Origin: Vicugna vicugna
Lineage: Eukaryota
Length of the DNA: 64,000 nt
NCBI GenBank assembly: GCA_013265495.1
Contig: MU058213.1
Coordinates: 3,472,001 to 3,536,000, forward strand
Direction: 5' to 3'
Positions 35,732-49,432 of this stretch are shown piece by piece. The notes beneath the pieces were generated by a model. That model worked only from the letters and a program-made list of their open reading frames with translations. It had not been told where the DNA came from and did no database searches. A program made the position numbers and the translations under genes. Numbering within the stretch: the stretch's first letter is position 1; the number at the start of each line of letters is the position of its first letter.

Positions 35732-38128
35732 CTGTGGAAAAGAAAATAATAATTCACAACACTTTCACACTAGGAAGAAAAGCACTCATTTAATAAAGAG
35801 TTTATCGCATGCTGACTCGCCAGTAGAGGAGACTCAAAGACAAATTCCAGTGTGGAAGATATTTGGGAAAAGGAATAGATGTGGAGAAAAAGGAACATAC
35901 ACAAATAAATAATTGTTATGAGAGAAACAAGGAACTAAGGAAGTCTCAGTGCAAGATCAGAGAGAACTTGAAGGAAAAGTTGGCTTTGGAGTTGGGGCTA
36001 GAAGACTAGAGGGGATTTTGATCCGTGGCAGTGAAGGCAAAGGCATGATGAGTGGAGAAAAGAGTGAAAACAAGGAAACAGATGGGAAACCTGGGATGTG
36101 GTTAAGGAAATGGCAGTAACTGAATCTGGCTGAACTCAGGACACATTAGGGAGGTGGGAATGGTCCAGCTGATGGGGTCCATGTGAAACAGGAGAACTTT
36201 TAGATTTTATTTTGCATAGGACTTGGGGGCTAGGACAAGGCACCCTCAGAGATGTGTTTTAGGGATAATAATCTAGCCATGTTGTATAGGTGAGAGAAAA
36301 GTAGAGAGCAAGGCTGGATGGATAACTGTGTGGAACCTACCGCCTGTCTGTGACAGCTGTTTGAATTTGTCATACATTAATTGACCTAATATAATTTCAT
36401 ATTATATCTTGTGTCACCTCTTTGAATAATGAGTTGTCTAAGCTCAGGGTTGCTGCTCAGTGTATGTACATGTACATTTTTGAAAAGCCCGTCTTTCTTA
36501 AGCTTCTAACTGGGGACCTAACTGTCTACTGCCCCCACCAATTCTAGCATCCTGTTCACTTACGAAGTCCTTGCTTGTCCTAGCTTATAGTTTTTTGGGG
36601 GTGATTTTTTTTATAGATTTCAGTTATGTAACAAGACATCCTTTGTCTTTCTAGCCCTGAGTCTTTATCTTTTATCCTGTCTTCAAGGACTACTTCACCC
36701 ACCCCCGATGCCTCCTTTAATCTTTTCAGTTATTCCTCTTCACACAGTTCTCATGGATTTGGAAAGTGCACCTTTCCTGAGTGATCAGTAAAATCCCTGA
36801 TGCTTATTTCTCAGGCCACTCATGTGGCACAGGACTCCATAGTTAAGGGGGTGTGAACATTCTAACTTGTTTTAAAGGATGGATACAGAAAACTCACTCA
36901 GATAATAGTTTATAGAAGAGTCTCCCTCTATAATGACAGGCCTTATTTCATCTTTCCAACTCGATAATAAGCCTGTGGGTTTGGACTTAGTGGTGCTCAA
37001 AAAAACCTTAAGAATGTAGTACATTTTCTATTTGAATAAAGTTTCTTCTGCACTTGCAGTAGTGCTCAGTGCAGAGAGAAGATGTAAACTGTTAATAGTT
37101 TTTTGAAGATAAAGATATCAGAAGCATTTGACAAATTGAAAAGCAGGTTACTACAGCAACCAAAGAAGAAACACTTGGTTATTCTTGGTATATAGATGTC
37201 ATAATCAGTTCAAAATTAAAAGAAGAAAAGAGACTATATTGCAAGACTTGTATAGAAATTAAACATGTGACTTCTTGTATAAATAGTAAATACTAATGTA
37301 GTCAGAGAGCACTGTCCCGTTTATTTTGTTTTAAGAATTTATATTACAAAAAATACTTAAAATTTTCTATTTAAAAATGTTAGTAGTTCTCACACGATGC
37401 TTCTTAACTGCGTTTTCTAGTTCTAAGAACAAGACAAATATTGTTGTTTCCACGGGTTCTTCCTTTGCTTTACTCTGACCTTTTCGACAGTGAATCTGCA
37501 CACATCTTAACTAGAATTTACCTGATTATGTGGTACAGAAGATCAAAAGGAGTTTAATTTACAGCTTAAACTTAAAAATTTTGACAAAAATCAAGTAATT
37601 CAGTTTAGGAAAATGGAATTATGAATATGCTATTTGGGTTTTAATTTCCAGTCTTTGCTCATGCTATTTTCTGTAAATATTTGAGTTTTCTGAAAATACC
37701 TTTTTTAAATGAAAGTATGCAAAATGTACTTAGGTTTCCCTGAAAATGGTTTTGTGTGTATCAAGTTGGATATTTGAATTGATTGATGTTTGTGATTTTT
37801 TTTAAAGCACAGTATGACAAAATTACATACACTGTAAGGTATAAAATAAATATAAAATAATACAAATTTCATTCTTCTAGTCTGATAAATACTAAGGTAG
37901 GGAGACAAGTCTTTCCCAAAGGGGTATGATCACTTTCCTCTATTTCCAGAATTTCTGTACTGTGCATATATTACTTTCTAATTAGAAATAGCAATGAAGC
38001 TTTTAAAAACAAATATTTAAGAGTAGCTTATTTACAGAGGCTTAAAATTTGAATTTCCAAAGAGACTACTGTAAGGTATAATGAGATAAAAAAAAAACTT
38101 AATATCTTATTATTTTATATTTACTGAC

Positions 38129-38190
38129 CTTCTCGGGTGAAGAACAAAATCCTTAAATGTATATGGTCTCTCCATTCTTGGATTTTCTGT
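38129..38190 (-). CDS. NEDD4: NEDD4 exon (C2) TENPRMERPYTFKDFVLHPR(S), 62 nt
   Basis: Acceptor ttctag, donor gtcagt; in frame with neighbours. Confidence 0.95.
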
Positions 38191-39645
38191 CTAGAATAAA
38201 ACAGTGGGTTTTCAAGATATATCTATAACACCAAAAATATACACTTTTCAAGAATTTTCATGAACTGTGACCTCAGGTATCATTGAAGTTAGAAGTGAGA
38301 AAAAAGTTTTAGCTTTTAGCTTATTAGACGTCACACCTGGTAACCTGACAGCGCGTTCACTTTCCTGCACCATAGGAATTGCCACCGGCATCACAACTCA
38401 GCATAGAACTAGTTGAGGAGGCGTGTGTGGAGCCAAAAGGAGGGTAAAAGCAAAAATACAGTAGAGAGTGGTTACTATGTTTGCACGCAAAGGAAGAGGG
38501 AATTTGTACAATGCCAGCAGAATGGCATGGTTAGACCATTAGAGACAGTTGCAGGAGAACAGAAAAGAAAAGAGCCTGGAAAATAAGACGGATTAAATAT
38601 ATTATTAAAAGTTTGTGATGTCTGAAGGCTGTAGAGACGATGCAGATCTGAAAAGACTGATACGGTAAAGAAGTATTACTTCTCTTATCAAGTTCAGCCA
38701 CCCTTTGTTTTTATCTTCCTTTACTCCTCTGTTGCATTTTGCATGGTTCACTACCCATTCAGTCTTGAAATTCTTAAATTGTCCCGACAACACTTAACTT
38801 GGTTCTTTCCTGGTTTCTCCCGGTCGGTCTTCTCTTTCTCCTCTGACAGACCCACAAAGACTAAGAGTCAATGTCTGGCCTTCCGTGCTCTCACCCTCTC
38901 ATTTGGACAGCCCACCACTCTCAGAGACTCTGTGGTTATAACTTCAATGGTGATAACTCTCAATCCTTCCAGACCTGTTTCTTAACACACTTTATTTTTA
39001 TATCTGTCAGTTGCTCACTTTAAGCTTTCATTTTTTCCTGCTTTCTGTTGAAATGCAATATGGCCAAAAAGAAACTTACCATATTTCAAAAAAAGAAAAT
39101 GGCTTCCCTCCTACCCTCTCTACTTGAGACACCACCCTTAGCTCCCAAGTTCAACTTGTATTATCTTTACTTTTTGCTTATTTTTTTCAACTGGAGTTCT
39201 ATGTCAAAAACCTGGACCAATGATGTTTTGTTACGTCCTGAATGGTTCCTGAATCTGTTTTCTTCTGTTGCTATATGCTTGGTCCAGATTCAGTTTCATG
39301 CCCATATTGTTGTAAACAATCACACTTTCCTTCTGTGAGACTAAGCTCTCCCCATTCTAGTTATTCAATAGAACATCTCCAAACTGATCTTCCTCAAACA
39401 ATGCTTTCATGACGTCAATCAACTTCAAGGGCTGTTTCTTACTAGGGTTCATGTAAGGGAATCTTGAAAATAAAATTAAAATGGAAAATTGAGAGGAGTT
39501 TTTAGAAAATAATACAATCAAGAAATAACAGCAGTACACACTTTACAAATAGAATATTTACATTTACTATATTGAGCATCTGTAAGTATTTATTAAAATA
39601 AAAAGAATAAACATAAAAAGTAAAATCACGAACATCTATACCAAC

Positions 39646-39696
39646 CGGTAATGGATAAAGGGGAACATCCACTTGACCTAGGAAATCATCTCTTGT
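39646..39696 (-). CDS. NEDD4: NEDD4 exon (C2 region) TRDDFLGQVDVPLYPLP, 51 nt, phase 0-0
   Basis: Acceptor ttttgtag, donor gttggt; translation recognisable as NEDD4 C2. Confidence 0.95.
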
Positions 39697-39859
39697 CTAC
39701 AAAAGAAAGAAGGAAAAATAATATTAGTAAAACGCTCAATCTTTTTGGAAGGTTTTGATGAGCTACTGTCATCATTCACTAAAAATGTAGACTTTTTTTC
39801 TGTTTAATCCTATGAAGTATCAATGAAAACAAATCAATGGAAAATAAAAGGTAATATGG

Positions 39860-40960
39860 TACAACTTCTGGTAATGGCAGAATAGAGTGGATTAGGTTAA
39901 TCCTTTTGCACATAATTATGTACTCTGAAAAAAACACAAAACAACTATTTGAAAGTACCATCGAGTGACCAAAAGCAAGCAGAAACTGGAGGGGAGTCAA
40001 TCCTTGAAGGAAGGAACTGTGCCGGGAAGGATTCCTATTCACGTGGCTTTTCACACGGCAGTACTCCACGTGGCGGAATGATTGGAACTTAAAGGCAAAT
40101 CTGAAAGACTGCTCATTTGAGTAGCTCGAAGACCTACTTTGAAGTTAACAGCATAACTGGAAAGTAAGAAAGAACTCCCAAAAGAAAGAAGCCACAAGAG
40201 TCCCTCCAAATCTATATATAAACTCTACTCAAATCCCTAGCTGATTCCTAAACTGCATATGTGAAAGGCAACAGCTGAAAGGCTGAACGACTCAGCACAG
40301 ACTTCAGTTGATGTTCACTTATCAGGAGCTAGCATTTGGAGTTCAGCTAAGTTAACAAAAATCAACATTCTTCAGGGAAAGATAACAAAATCATCATCTT
40401 CATCATGTGCCACACACCCTGTCCAGTATACACTGAAAATGACTAAACATGTTAAAAAAAAAAAAGAAAGAAAAAGAAAAATATGACCCACTACAAGAGA
40501 AAAAAAGTAATTAATAGAAACTGACCAGAAGATAAGCCAGATCTTGGAATTAGCAGAGAGGGAAATTAAAGCAGCTGTTATTAAGATGTTTTAAGAATAT
40601 AAAAGGAAAATAAGATCATAATGACTGAATGAATGGGGAATCTCAGCAGTGAAATGGAAGCTATAAAAGGGAATTAAATGTGTATTTTGAAATACATATA
40701 CAACTGAAAAACAGAATATTTGAATTAAAGATCAGTGGATGGGCTTAACATATGACTGAAAGTAACAGTGAAAAGTTCTGTGAACATGAAGATCTATCAA
40801 CAGAATTTATGTAATATGAAAATTAAGGAGGACTTGTGGAAAAATATCAAGCAGTCTAATATATGCAGAAGGGGAGTCCCAGAAAGATAGGAGACAAGGA
40901 GGGAGGAAGGGAGGGAAAAAGATAAAGGAAAGAGAGAGAGAAAATTATTTAAAGAATAAA
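39860..40960 (+). mobile_element. Old L1 5'UTR/ORF1 fragment
   Basis: gatcttggaattagcagagagggaaattaaagcagctgtta...gaatctcagcagtgaaatggaagctata are ORF1-type motifs. Confidence 0.65.
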
Positions 40961-41274
40961 GTCATCATCTTCCGCAGTGTTAACATCTTACGTAACCATA
41001 GCACAATGATCAAAACCAGGAAAACTACTTCTAGAGGAAATACTTTTACTTATTCAAACTTCTATTCTTAAGCTTTTTAATTGTAAAAAAAATCCCCTAT
41101 ACACATAACAGACAGTATTCTGTCAGATATTCTGTCATCCATAATCTTTATCAATTTAAAGTAACTTATGAAAACCTTGACCCTCCAATCTCAGTTCCCA
41201 GAGGGAACCAGGGTTAACTGTTCCATAAACTTCTCCCAGATTTTTTCCTGCATGTACCACATACCACAATTTTT

Positions 41275-42325
41275 TAAAAATTGAGATATAATTGACATAC
41301 AACATTATATTAGTTTCAGGTGTACAACATAATGATTCAGTATTTGTATATACTGCAGAAAAATCACCATAATAAAACTAGTTAACATTGGCCATCATAC
41401 ATGTTACAGACGTTTTTCTTGTGATGAGAACTTTTAAGATTTACTCTCTTAGCAACTTTCAAACATGCTATACAGTATTATTAACTATGCTATAATTACA
41501 TCTCCACAACTTATTTATTTTATAGCTATTAAGTTTGTAGCTTCTGACTTCCTTTACCCATTTCTCCCACCACTCATCCCTTGCCTCTGACAACCACCAA
41601 TCTGTTCTCTGTAAGCCTGTTTTGTTTTGTTAGTTAGTTTGTTTTTAGGTTCCACATGTAAGGAGATCATACATTATTTGTCTGTCTCTGTCTGATTTAT
41701 TTCACTTAGTATAATGCCCTCAAGGTCCATCCATGTTGTCATAAATGGCAAGATTTAATTTCTTTTTACAGCTGAATACTATTCCATTGTGTGTGTGTAT
41801 ACACACATATATTTATATATAAATATGCATGTACATATATTACTTTTTAAAATACATTCATCTATTGATGGACACTTGGGTTGTCCCTACAGCCTGGCTA
41901 TTGTAAATAATGCTGCAACGAATATGAATCTTTTCGAGAGGGTGTTTTTGCTTTCTTTGGCCAAATACCTCAAAGTGGAATTGCTGGATCATATGGTAGT
42001 TCTATTTTTAATTTTTTGAGGATCTGCCATACTGTTTTCCATAGTGGCTGTACAAATTTACATTCCTACCAACAGTACACAAGGGTTTCTTCTTTCTCAT
42101 CACTTGCCAACACTTGTCATTTATTGTCTTTTTGATAACAGTCATTCTGACAAGTGTGAGATATCTCACTGTGCTCTTGACTTGCATTTTCCTGACAATT
42201 ATTGATACTGAACACTTTTTCGTATGTCTGTTGGCCATCTGTACATCATTTTGGAAAAAATTCTATTTATATCCTCTGCCTATTTTTTAATTGGATGGTT
42301 TGTTTTTCTGCAATTGAGTTGTATG
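41275..42325 (-). mobile_element. L1 3' region (ORF2 end and 3'UTR; L1MA9-like), sense to NEDD4
   Basis: ttgagatataattgacatacaacattatattagtttcaggtgtacaacat...; minus ORF 42008-42238 resembles the ORF2 C-terminus (MANRHTKKCS...). Confidence 0.85.
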
Positions 42326-42699
42326 AAAAATCAGGAATAATATTAACTAATCTACAGACCTTACTCAAATTTCACCAATTGTCCTGCTAATTTTGGTCCA
42401 GGGTTCAATTTAGGATTGTACACTGCCTTTAATAGGTATGTTTCCTTAGTTTCTTTGAATCTGGAAAGTATCTCAATCTCTTTGTCTTTCATAATCTTGA
42501 CATTTTAAAAGAGTAGTGGCTAGTTATAGGATACCCCTCAATTTGGGTTTGTGTACTGTTTCTTCCTGGCTGAATTTAGGTTATGTATTTCTTGCAAGAA
42601 TACTATAAAAGTGATGTTGGTGCTCTTTTCAGTGCACTGTGTCAGCAGGCAATGAACGCTGGAATCTTATACATTATGGACAGCTAAAGACCATTAAAT

Positions 42700-43440
42700 A
42701 TTTGAGGAAGGTTTTAACATGAAGAGCTGAGATCTAACCCAAAAAACAAACAGCAAGAAGGGAGTCAGATAAATAAGAATCAAGTCAGAGTGCAGGAGAA
42801 ATACTTGAGAAAAACTATAATTAATATCGTCAGAGATAAGACATAAACCTCTGTCAAATAGAATAGAAGGTTATATAAAAAAAGAAGCGATTAGAGAATA
42901 AGAGAAAACTCTTGGAAATTAAAAATACAACTGAAATTAAAAGTTTAAGATAGAGTTAGACAATAGAGTTCAAGAACTATGTCTCAGAAAGTAGAACTAA
43001 AAGACAGAAGAAAAGGCTGTAGCATTCCCCAAAATAAGGAAACTACAGGATAAATGTTAAAAGTCAACATCTAGATAGTAGGCATTCCAGAAAGAAAAAT
43101 GAAAAGGGAGGAAATCATCAAGGAAGCATTTTAAGAAATCTTCCCTAAACTCAAGAAAATGAATTTTGAGAATGAAAAGCCGCACGAAGTATTAGGCAAA
43201 ATGCTTGAAGAAAAGACTCAAGCAAGGCAAATCACTGTGACATTTCAGAGCACAAGGGATAAAAAAAAATTCTTAGGGCTTTGAGAGAGACAAAAGAGAT
43301 CATATACAAAACAAGAGAATAATGCCTTCAACACGGTGAGAGAAAAAAAAAATTCTACATAGAATTCTACACCCAGCCAAAATATCTTTTTAAATAATGA
43401 AGGCAGAATAAAGACATTTTCAGACATTGGTGTTCTTATA
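42700..43440 (+). mobile_element. Old L1 ORF1 fragment (L1ME-like)
   Basis: A-rich ORF1-like motifs ctcttggaaattaaaaat, ggcattccagaaagaaaaa, gaaatcatcaaggaag and agaattctacacccagccaa. Confidence 0.65.
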
Positions 43441-44327
43441 AGGTAATGGAGGATATATTTCATCAGAATGAGGGAGTACAACATGGTCAAGGAAGATGTA
43501 GAGAATTCAAGACGGGAGGGAAGAAAAGAGGATCCCCAGAATGATGGGGAAGGGAACTGTGAGAGTAATAGTAGTGTGAGACCTACAGAACCACCAGTGC
43601 ACACTGGAGCAGGAAGATGGACAGTTATAAGAGGGGTGCTTCCAGAGGAACAGGAATAATCATATCCACCTAACATGGTTTTGTGAGAATTAAATGAGAT
43701 AATATACACAAAGTACTTTGCATAATACCCAGCATGCAGTAAGCATTCAATGAATGTTAGCTGTTATATTTGAAATGCTAGATTCTATAATAAAACCCCT
43801 GCTTCCTTTCCCAGTCTGTGGACATTTCAAACTGGTACATACAATAAAAGGAGCATGGCTGGGGGCTGAAGCCTAGCAAATTACCTTAGTTAAGGGCCAT
43901 ATTCCTTATGAGAACATGAGTTGGTAATTCTTCCAATGGACAAGTTGACTTTAATTATACCCTCAAGGCTGTGCTGTGACATGTTTCTTTATTCCTGTCT
44001 TTATGGTGAACAGATGTTATAATCCATAAATCTGATCTATAAGAAGCTATAAATAGCAAAGTAAAATACAACAATATACAGTAAAGTCTCAATCAGGATG
44101 CCTGAGGGATCAAATATTTTGGTTAACTGAATTATCTAATGAACTTAGGTTTAGGCTTGACCAGAAAAGGAAACAAAACACTTTTGCGGGGAGTTAGTCT
44201 TAATACATAGCCTTGCCCTCAGTAGAGTGAATTCAATGAACATCTATTTGTTAGATGACTCACGATTCTTCAGTGCTTTGAAAACATGGCTGTGGTCAAT
44301 TATCACTAGAGTAACGCAAGTAGAGAA

Positions 44328-44543
44328 CAGGGTGTCTTAACTTGGGCACTACTGACACAGGAACCATTTAATTTTGTCGTCGTGGTGGCTGTCCTGTGCA
44401 CGGAAGGATGCTCAGCGGCATCCCGGCCCTCTACTCACTAGATGCCCGAAGCACCTCTCCACCAGCTGGGACAACCAAAAATGTCTCCGGGCATTGTCAA
44501 ATGTCCTCTGGGTGGCAAAACTGACCCTGGTTGAGAACCACTA
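44328..44543 (-). mobile_element. MER20 hAT-Charlie MITE, full length
   Basis: Reverse complement of the MER20 consensus as I recall it: ...gacaaccaaaaatgtctcc...ttgtcaaatgtcc...ggcaaaa...ggttgagaaccact; terminal inverted repeats present. Confidence 0.85.
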
Positions 44544-44599
44544 TTAAAAAATGTGTAAAACAGAATGTCTCAACCAGTGAGTAAAAGACACCTCACTTT

Positions 44600-45330
44600 T
44601 AAAAATAACAGCCTTACTGAGATATAATTCACATACTATACAGTTCACCCAATTACAATCAGTTTTTGAACATTTTCATTGCCCCTCCAAGAAAATCCAT
44701 ATCTATCAGCAGTCGCTCCCCATTTTCCCCCTTTCTCCTTAGCCCCGGGCAACCACCAATCTACCTTATGTCTCTATGGCTTTACCTTTTCTAGACATCT
44801 CATATAAATCAAATTATATAATAAGTGGTCCTTTATGACTGATTTCTTTCGCTTACAATAAATGTTTTCAGGGCTCATTCATCTTGTAGCAAGTATTAGG
44901 ACTTTATTCCTTTTTTATCACTGACTATTGTATGGATATACCACATTTATCCATTTATCAGTTGATTGACATTTGGGTTCCTTTTTTTTGGCAATCATAA
45001 ATAAGGTTTCTATGAACATTTGAGTACAAGTTTTCATACTGATACATATTCCCATTTTTCTTGGTTATATACTTAGGAGTAGAATTTCTGGGTAATATGC
45101 TAACTCTGTTTAACCTTTTGAGGGACTGCCAGACTTTCCAAAATGGTTGCACCATTTTACATTCCCGCCAGGACTGTATGAGGGTTTCAATTTCTCTATA
45201 TTCCTGCCAACATTTATTATTAACTATCTTTTTGATATAGCCCTCCTAGTGGGTGTGAAGTGACACCCCATCATGGTTTTGTTTGCATTTCCCTGATGAC
45301 CAATGATGCTGAGCATCTTTTCGTGTGTTT
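44600..45330 (-). mobile_element. L1 3' fragment (L1MB-like)
   Basis: gagatataattcacatac...ggcaaccaccaatctac...gactgccagactttccaaaatggttgcaccattttacattccc. Confidence 0.8.
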
Positions 45331-48300
45331 ATTATGCCCCCTATTTCTTAAAATCTCTCATAAATCCTTTCTAGAGATTCAGTCTCCATGAGAGAGGCAG
45401 TGCCTGGTCACTGTGGGGGCAGAAAGAAAACATCTTATCCTAAGTTCCTTGTTCATTGATTACACTATGTGAACAAAAGCACAGAGCAAAAATTTCACAT
45501 AATGAAACTTCCCTTGTCTCAAGTAATTCTGGTATATAAAAATACATTTTAGAAAGCTCTTGCAATACATCTTCCTTTTTTAAAACAAATGATCTAAAAT
45601 GAGTTGCTTAACTTCTACGTAAAATGAAATGATCCCAAAGAACTAAATTTCTAATATTAGAAGAAGGAAAACATTTTCCAAACTAAAAATCACTATGCAT
45701 GGGTTTTTCGGTCTAAGGCGATGGAGAATACAAAACTGGGAACTATCTTGGAAAGTCTCGGACATATGGTTACCATAAATACAGGACAATTAGGGGTTCT
45801 TTTTTCCATTTACAAAGAAAAAATAATAGTTTAAAATTCATTCCTATGAAGGCAAGTCAGTCTGTGATGTTCATTAAGGTTGCCCTGGCCAACCAATTGT
45901 TCCAAACTCTGAATATCGAACATTTCTTTGCAAAAGTTATTTCCTATATTTGAACTGTGTACAGCTTACTCATAAAGCAAATTCGCATTTGGTAAAATAT
46001 AAGTAATTTAAGAATGCCTGCAAATCTGAGAAACAATTTAGAACAGCAGGTGATTTTAAACAGGATTGTCTAGGGCATGGTTTAGTCACTAAATAATACT
46101 TTCTCTAACATTCTAAAGATAGAAATTTCACTCTCTTAAAACAATTTTTAGAATATTAAAAGAGAAAAGTCCAAATTGCTGTTTTTGCAAAACTTCAATT
46201 ACAACTATCCATGGCTTTAAATTTAGAAAGACAAACTGTTATTAACCTTGATAAGGCTGCATGATGGCTGAATGTTCTGCTTTAAGAGAATCCAATGTCA
46301 CAAAAAATTTTAATTTAAAAAACAGGAATGGTCAAATGTCATAGCTTCGAAGAATATTTAAAAAGAGTTTCCACTAAATCTGAGTTACAAATAATTTCCC
46401 AGGGTAAATCCACTGTATAGAGCAAACAGAATAGGAAGAATCACTTCCTCATAACCAGAGCCCAACAACAGAGCCAAAATTTTTTACTATACTATCCAAC
46501 TTCTAATTTCAATCATGCTTTTTAATCAGTAAAAGTGAATTTCATACTTGGACATTAAATAGAGCAGTTTCAGTTTTCAGACTTAGCTATCAGCACTTTT
46601 CTAGTGAAGATGATTTTTGAGGTACTTTTAAAACAACAGTAGACATACACAGGGTACAAAATAAAAAGAAAAAAAGGTTTCTAGCTTCCAACTCTCTAAT
46701 TCTACACTGTCCTTCCAAGAGGCAACAGCTGTTATTTTTGTGTGTTTGTTGGGTTTAAGTGTGAAACAATTCAGAGTTTTCTTTGACACACTCTTAACAC
46801 ATCTTGTTTTTTTTCTCTCTTCAGCAATATCTCTAGGACCTTGTCCAACATCAGTCCACATAGAGATTCTTTGCCTCTTTAATGGTTATACAGTTTGCTG
46901 CTGTATGGAATACTGAAATTTATTTAGTCCCCTATTGACAGACATTTAGGTTGTTTCTAATCTTTTGCCCATTACAGTGAGCAAAGCAATGTCTCAATGT
47001 ATAAACTTGCATTTATCATTTTGCAAATATACCCAAGATCATTTTTATTTTGCATAACAATAAGGACTACATGAAACTAAACTGAGCTAATCTAAAATGG
47101 AAGCAGCTCTCAATGACTGACTGGATGTTACAGAAGGAAATAATGTCCTGAAAAAGCACCCATAAGTTTTCAAAGATAAGATCAAGATAAAAGATTTATG
47201 ATCACGAAGTCTGCATGTAAAGGAGTATTTTACTCAGTAACTACCATCTTCACACAGCTGCATTCAAATCCTCTCTGTGCAAATGTTAGGATTCTTCTGC
47301 AGACATCACTAGTACTCTAAAAAAGTTAACCGGGGCAGGCAGTAAAAAAGAAACAATAAATTCACAGCCATAAAATGTTCAAGTCATTGTTTATCATATT
47401 ATTGAATTAAGTCAAGAGATCAAGAGGTATTTCAGAGATTATAAGTAGGACAAGAGTAGAGTTAAAAGTTTGGAAGCTGAGACACTAAAAGTAAATTATC
47501 TAAAAACCTCTTTGTATAAGGTAGAATTTAAACTCTTTCTACTCTTTATAAGTTAAGAGGTTAAATGTTTTCTTGATTTGAACACATGAGAAGTCAAATA
47601 TTTTGACACTGGATATTAGCACATGTGAATCTCCGAGAAAAATAAGCAGAACTTCTATGAATGGACCCATTTATAGTATTTTTTTTAAAAAAAGAAGAAA
47701 CCATTTACTTCCTGCTTTCAAAATTTTATAAAAACTATTATTTTTAATGAACATTCTTCTTCTCTAAAATCCATATTACATGGATTTATAGCATATCCTA
47801 AATATTATAATTAAAAAAGGATTACGAAAATGACTGTAAATTTAGCTTAACTATTTTCTAACATATGCAAATCTTTCTAAGTAAAATTGCTTTTTATGAA
47901 ACTTTTTACACAGCTTCTACATTCTAACCTACATACTGACTCATTCTATACTCTGACTTGCTTATTTTAAACATTTTTCTAGAGGTTCAAGTTTATTGAT
48001 TCAATCTTTTTCAGAATGTTGAGGGGAAAATGGTGTTAGCTAAACAAACAGTATCATCTGATCTACGCTATAAAATCACAGTGCAATGGAGACTGGATGT
48101 CTTTGCTTAAAGCAAACATTCACCGCCCCAAACTCGTGATCTGCTCTGCCAGCCAGCCTGCCTGGTAGATTTAACTGTAAGGCACAAACTGTACTTGTTC
48201 TTTGACAATAGCTTCATATTGCTTGAAAACTTGGATACATGCATTCTACAGTCTTTAGCAACCCTCACATTTTAAAAGGGATTTTTACCTAATAGATGGG

Positions 48301-49299
48301 GGTGGGAAGGGAGTCAGGAAAAACCACTGTCTAAACCAGCTTCAGTCTGAATCATCCTCCTCTGAATTTGTCTTTTTGGAGGTTTCTGCTTTATAATCAT
48401 TACAGGCTTCTGAAAGCTGAAGGTTTACCTTGACATGCTCCTCTATCTTGACATGCTTTTAAGTTTAGTTTGTAATTTATTGTGAGGATTTTCAAATATA
48501 AACCAGTTAAAAAATATGCTAGAGTAGAGAGGAAATCTGAGGCAGACAAGGTGTAGGAGGAATCAGATTGTGTTATATCAAACACAAACTGGATTTTTAA
48601 ATTATTTTCAAAATTAAAATTTAATTTTTAGAAGCAATTTATATTGTATGCCCCTAAACTACAGGTCTGTAGAAGGAGAGAAGAAAGTTTAGCATTTATT
48701 ACAACTTTCCTGCCCCCTCAAAAAAGGTGAGGTGCTCATCAACTTTTCCCATTGTTTCAAATTTGTATCTCTAAACAATGGAAAATAGTAAGAGGACTAA
48801 ATGTATAAAGTTTTAATTTACTAGGAAATATCCACAGCTAGATAACTGATAAAAGGGATAAGGTTCTTCTTCCACAAGAGAAAAATATATGTTTTTGATT
48901 AAAAATAGACATCGAGATTCACTCTTCTGAGCTCCAATAAATCATGCTAACTTTTTCTTTCTAGGAATGTTTGCCAAGCTATGAGGGAAAGAAAAAGGCC
49001 AACTTTTTAAAAGATGGAAGCTAATCCTCTCTGGAGAATTCTACGTGCAGTCTAAATGAGAAACTAATTCAGTAGATGGCTGCCCACGTCGAGGAAGATA
49101 GAGTGACTTTAATGCTCAGAAACCAAGGAGCTGTGTACAATCTTAGATATTTAATTTGAAAACAAGTTAAGCATGAGAAGGTGAATTAAGATCGTCACTC
49201 TAAGACGGAAAAGCTGAGGCAGTTGAGGAAGTAGCTTAGGTGGCTCTGCTTCCAACCTAATCTAAGCGTTTCAGATGCTTCAGCTTGAGTGAGTTCACT

Positions 49300-49432
49300 C
49301 AAGTGGTTCTCAAACTTCAGTGCAGGTGTCAGAAATCACCTGTTGGGCTTTTCAAGGACAGATCACTGTCCCCCTCTCCCTGCCTTAGGTGCTACTCAGG
49401 GAGCGGATCCAACAGTTACACCTTGAGAACTA
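49300..49432 (+). mobile_element. MER5A-like MITE fragment
   Basis: agtggttctcaaacttcagtg...gaaatcacctg...acaccttgagaac. Confidence 0.55.
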
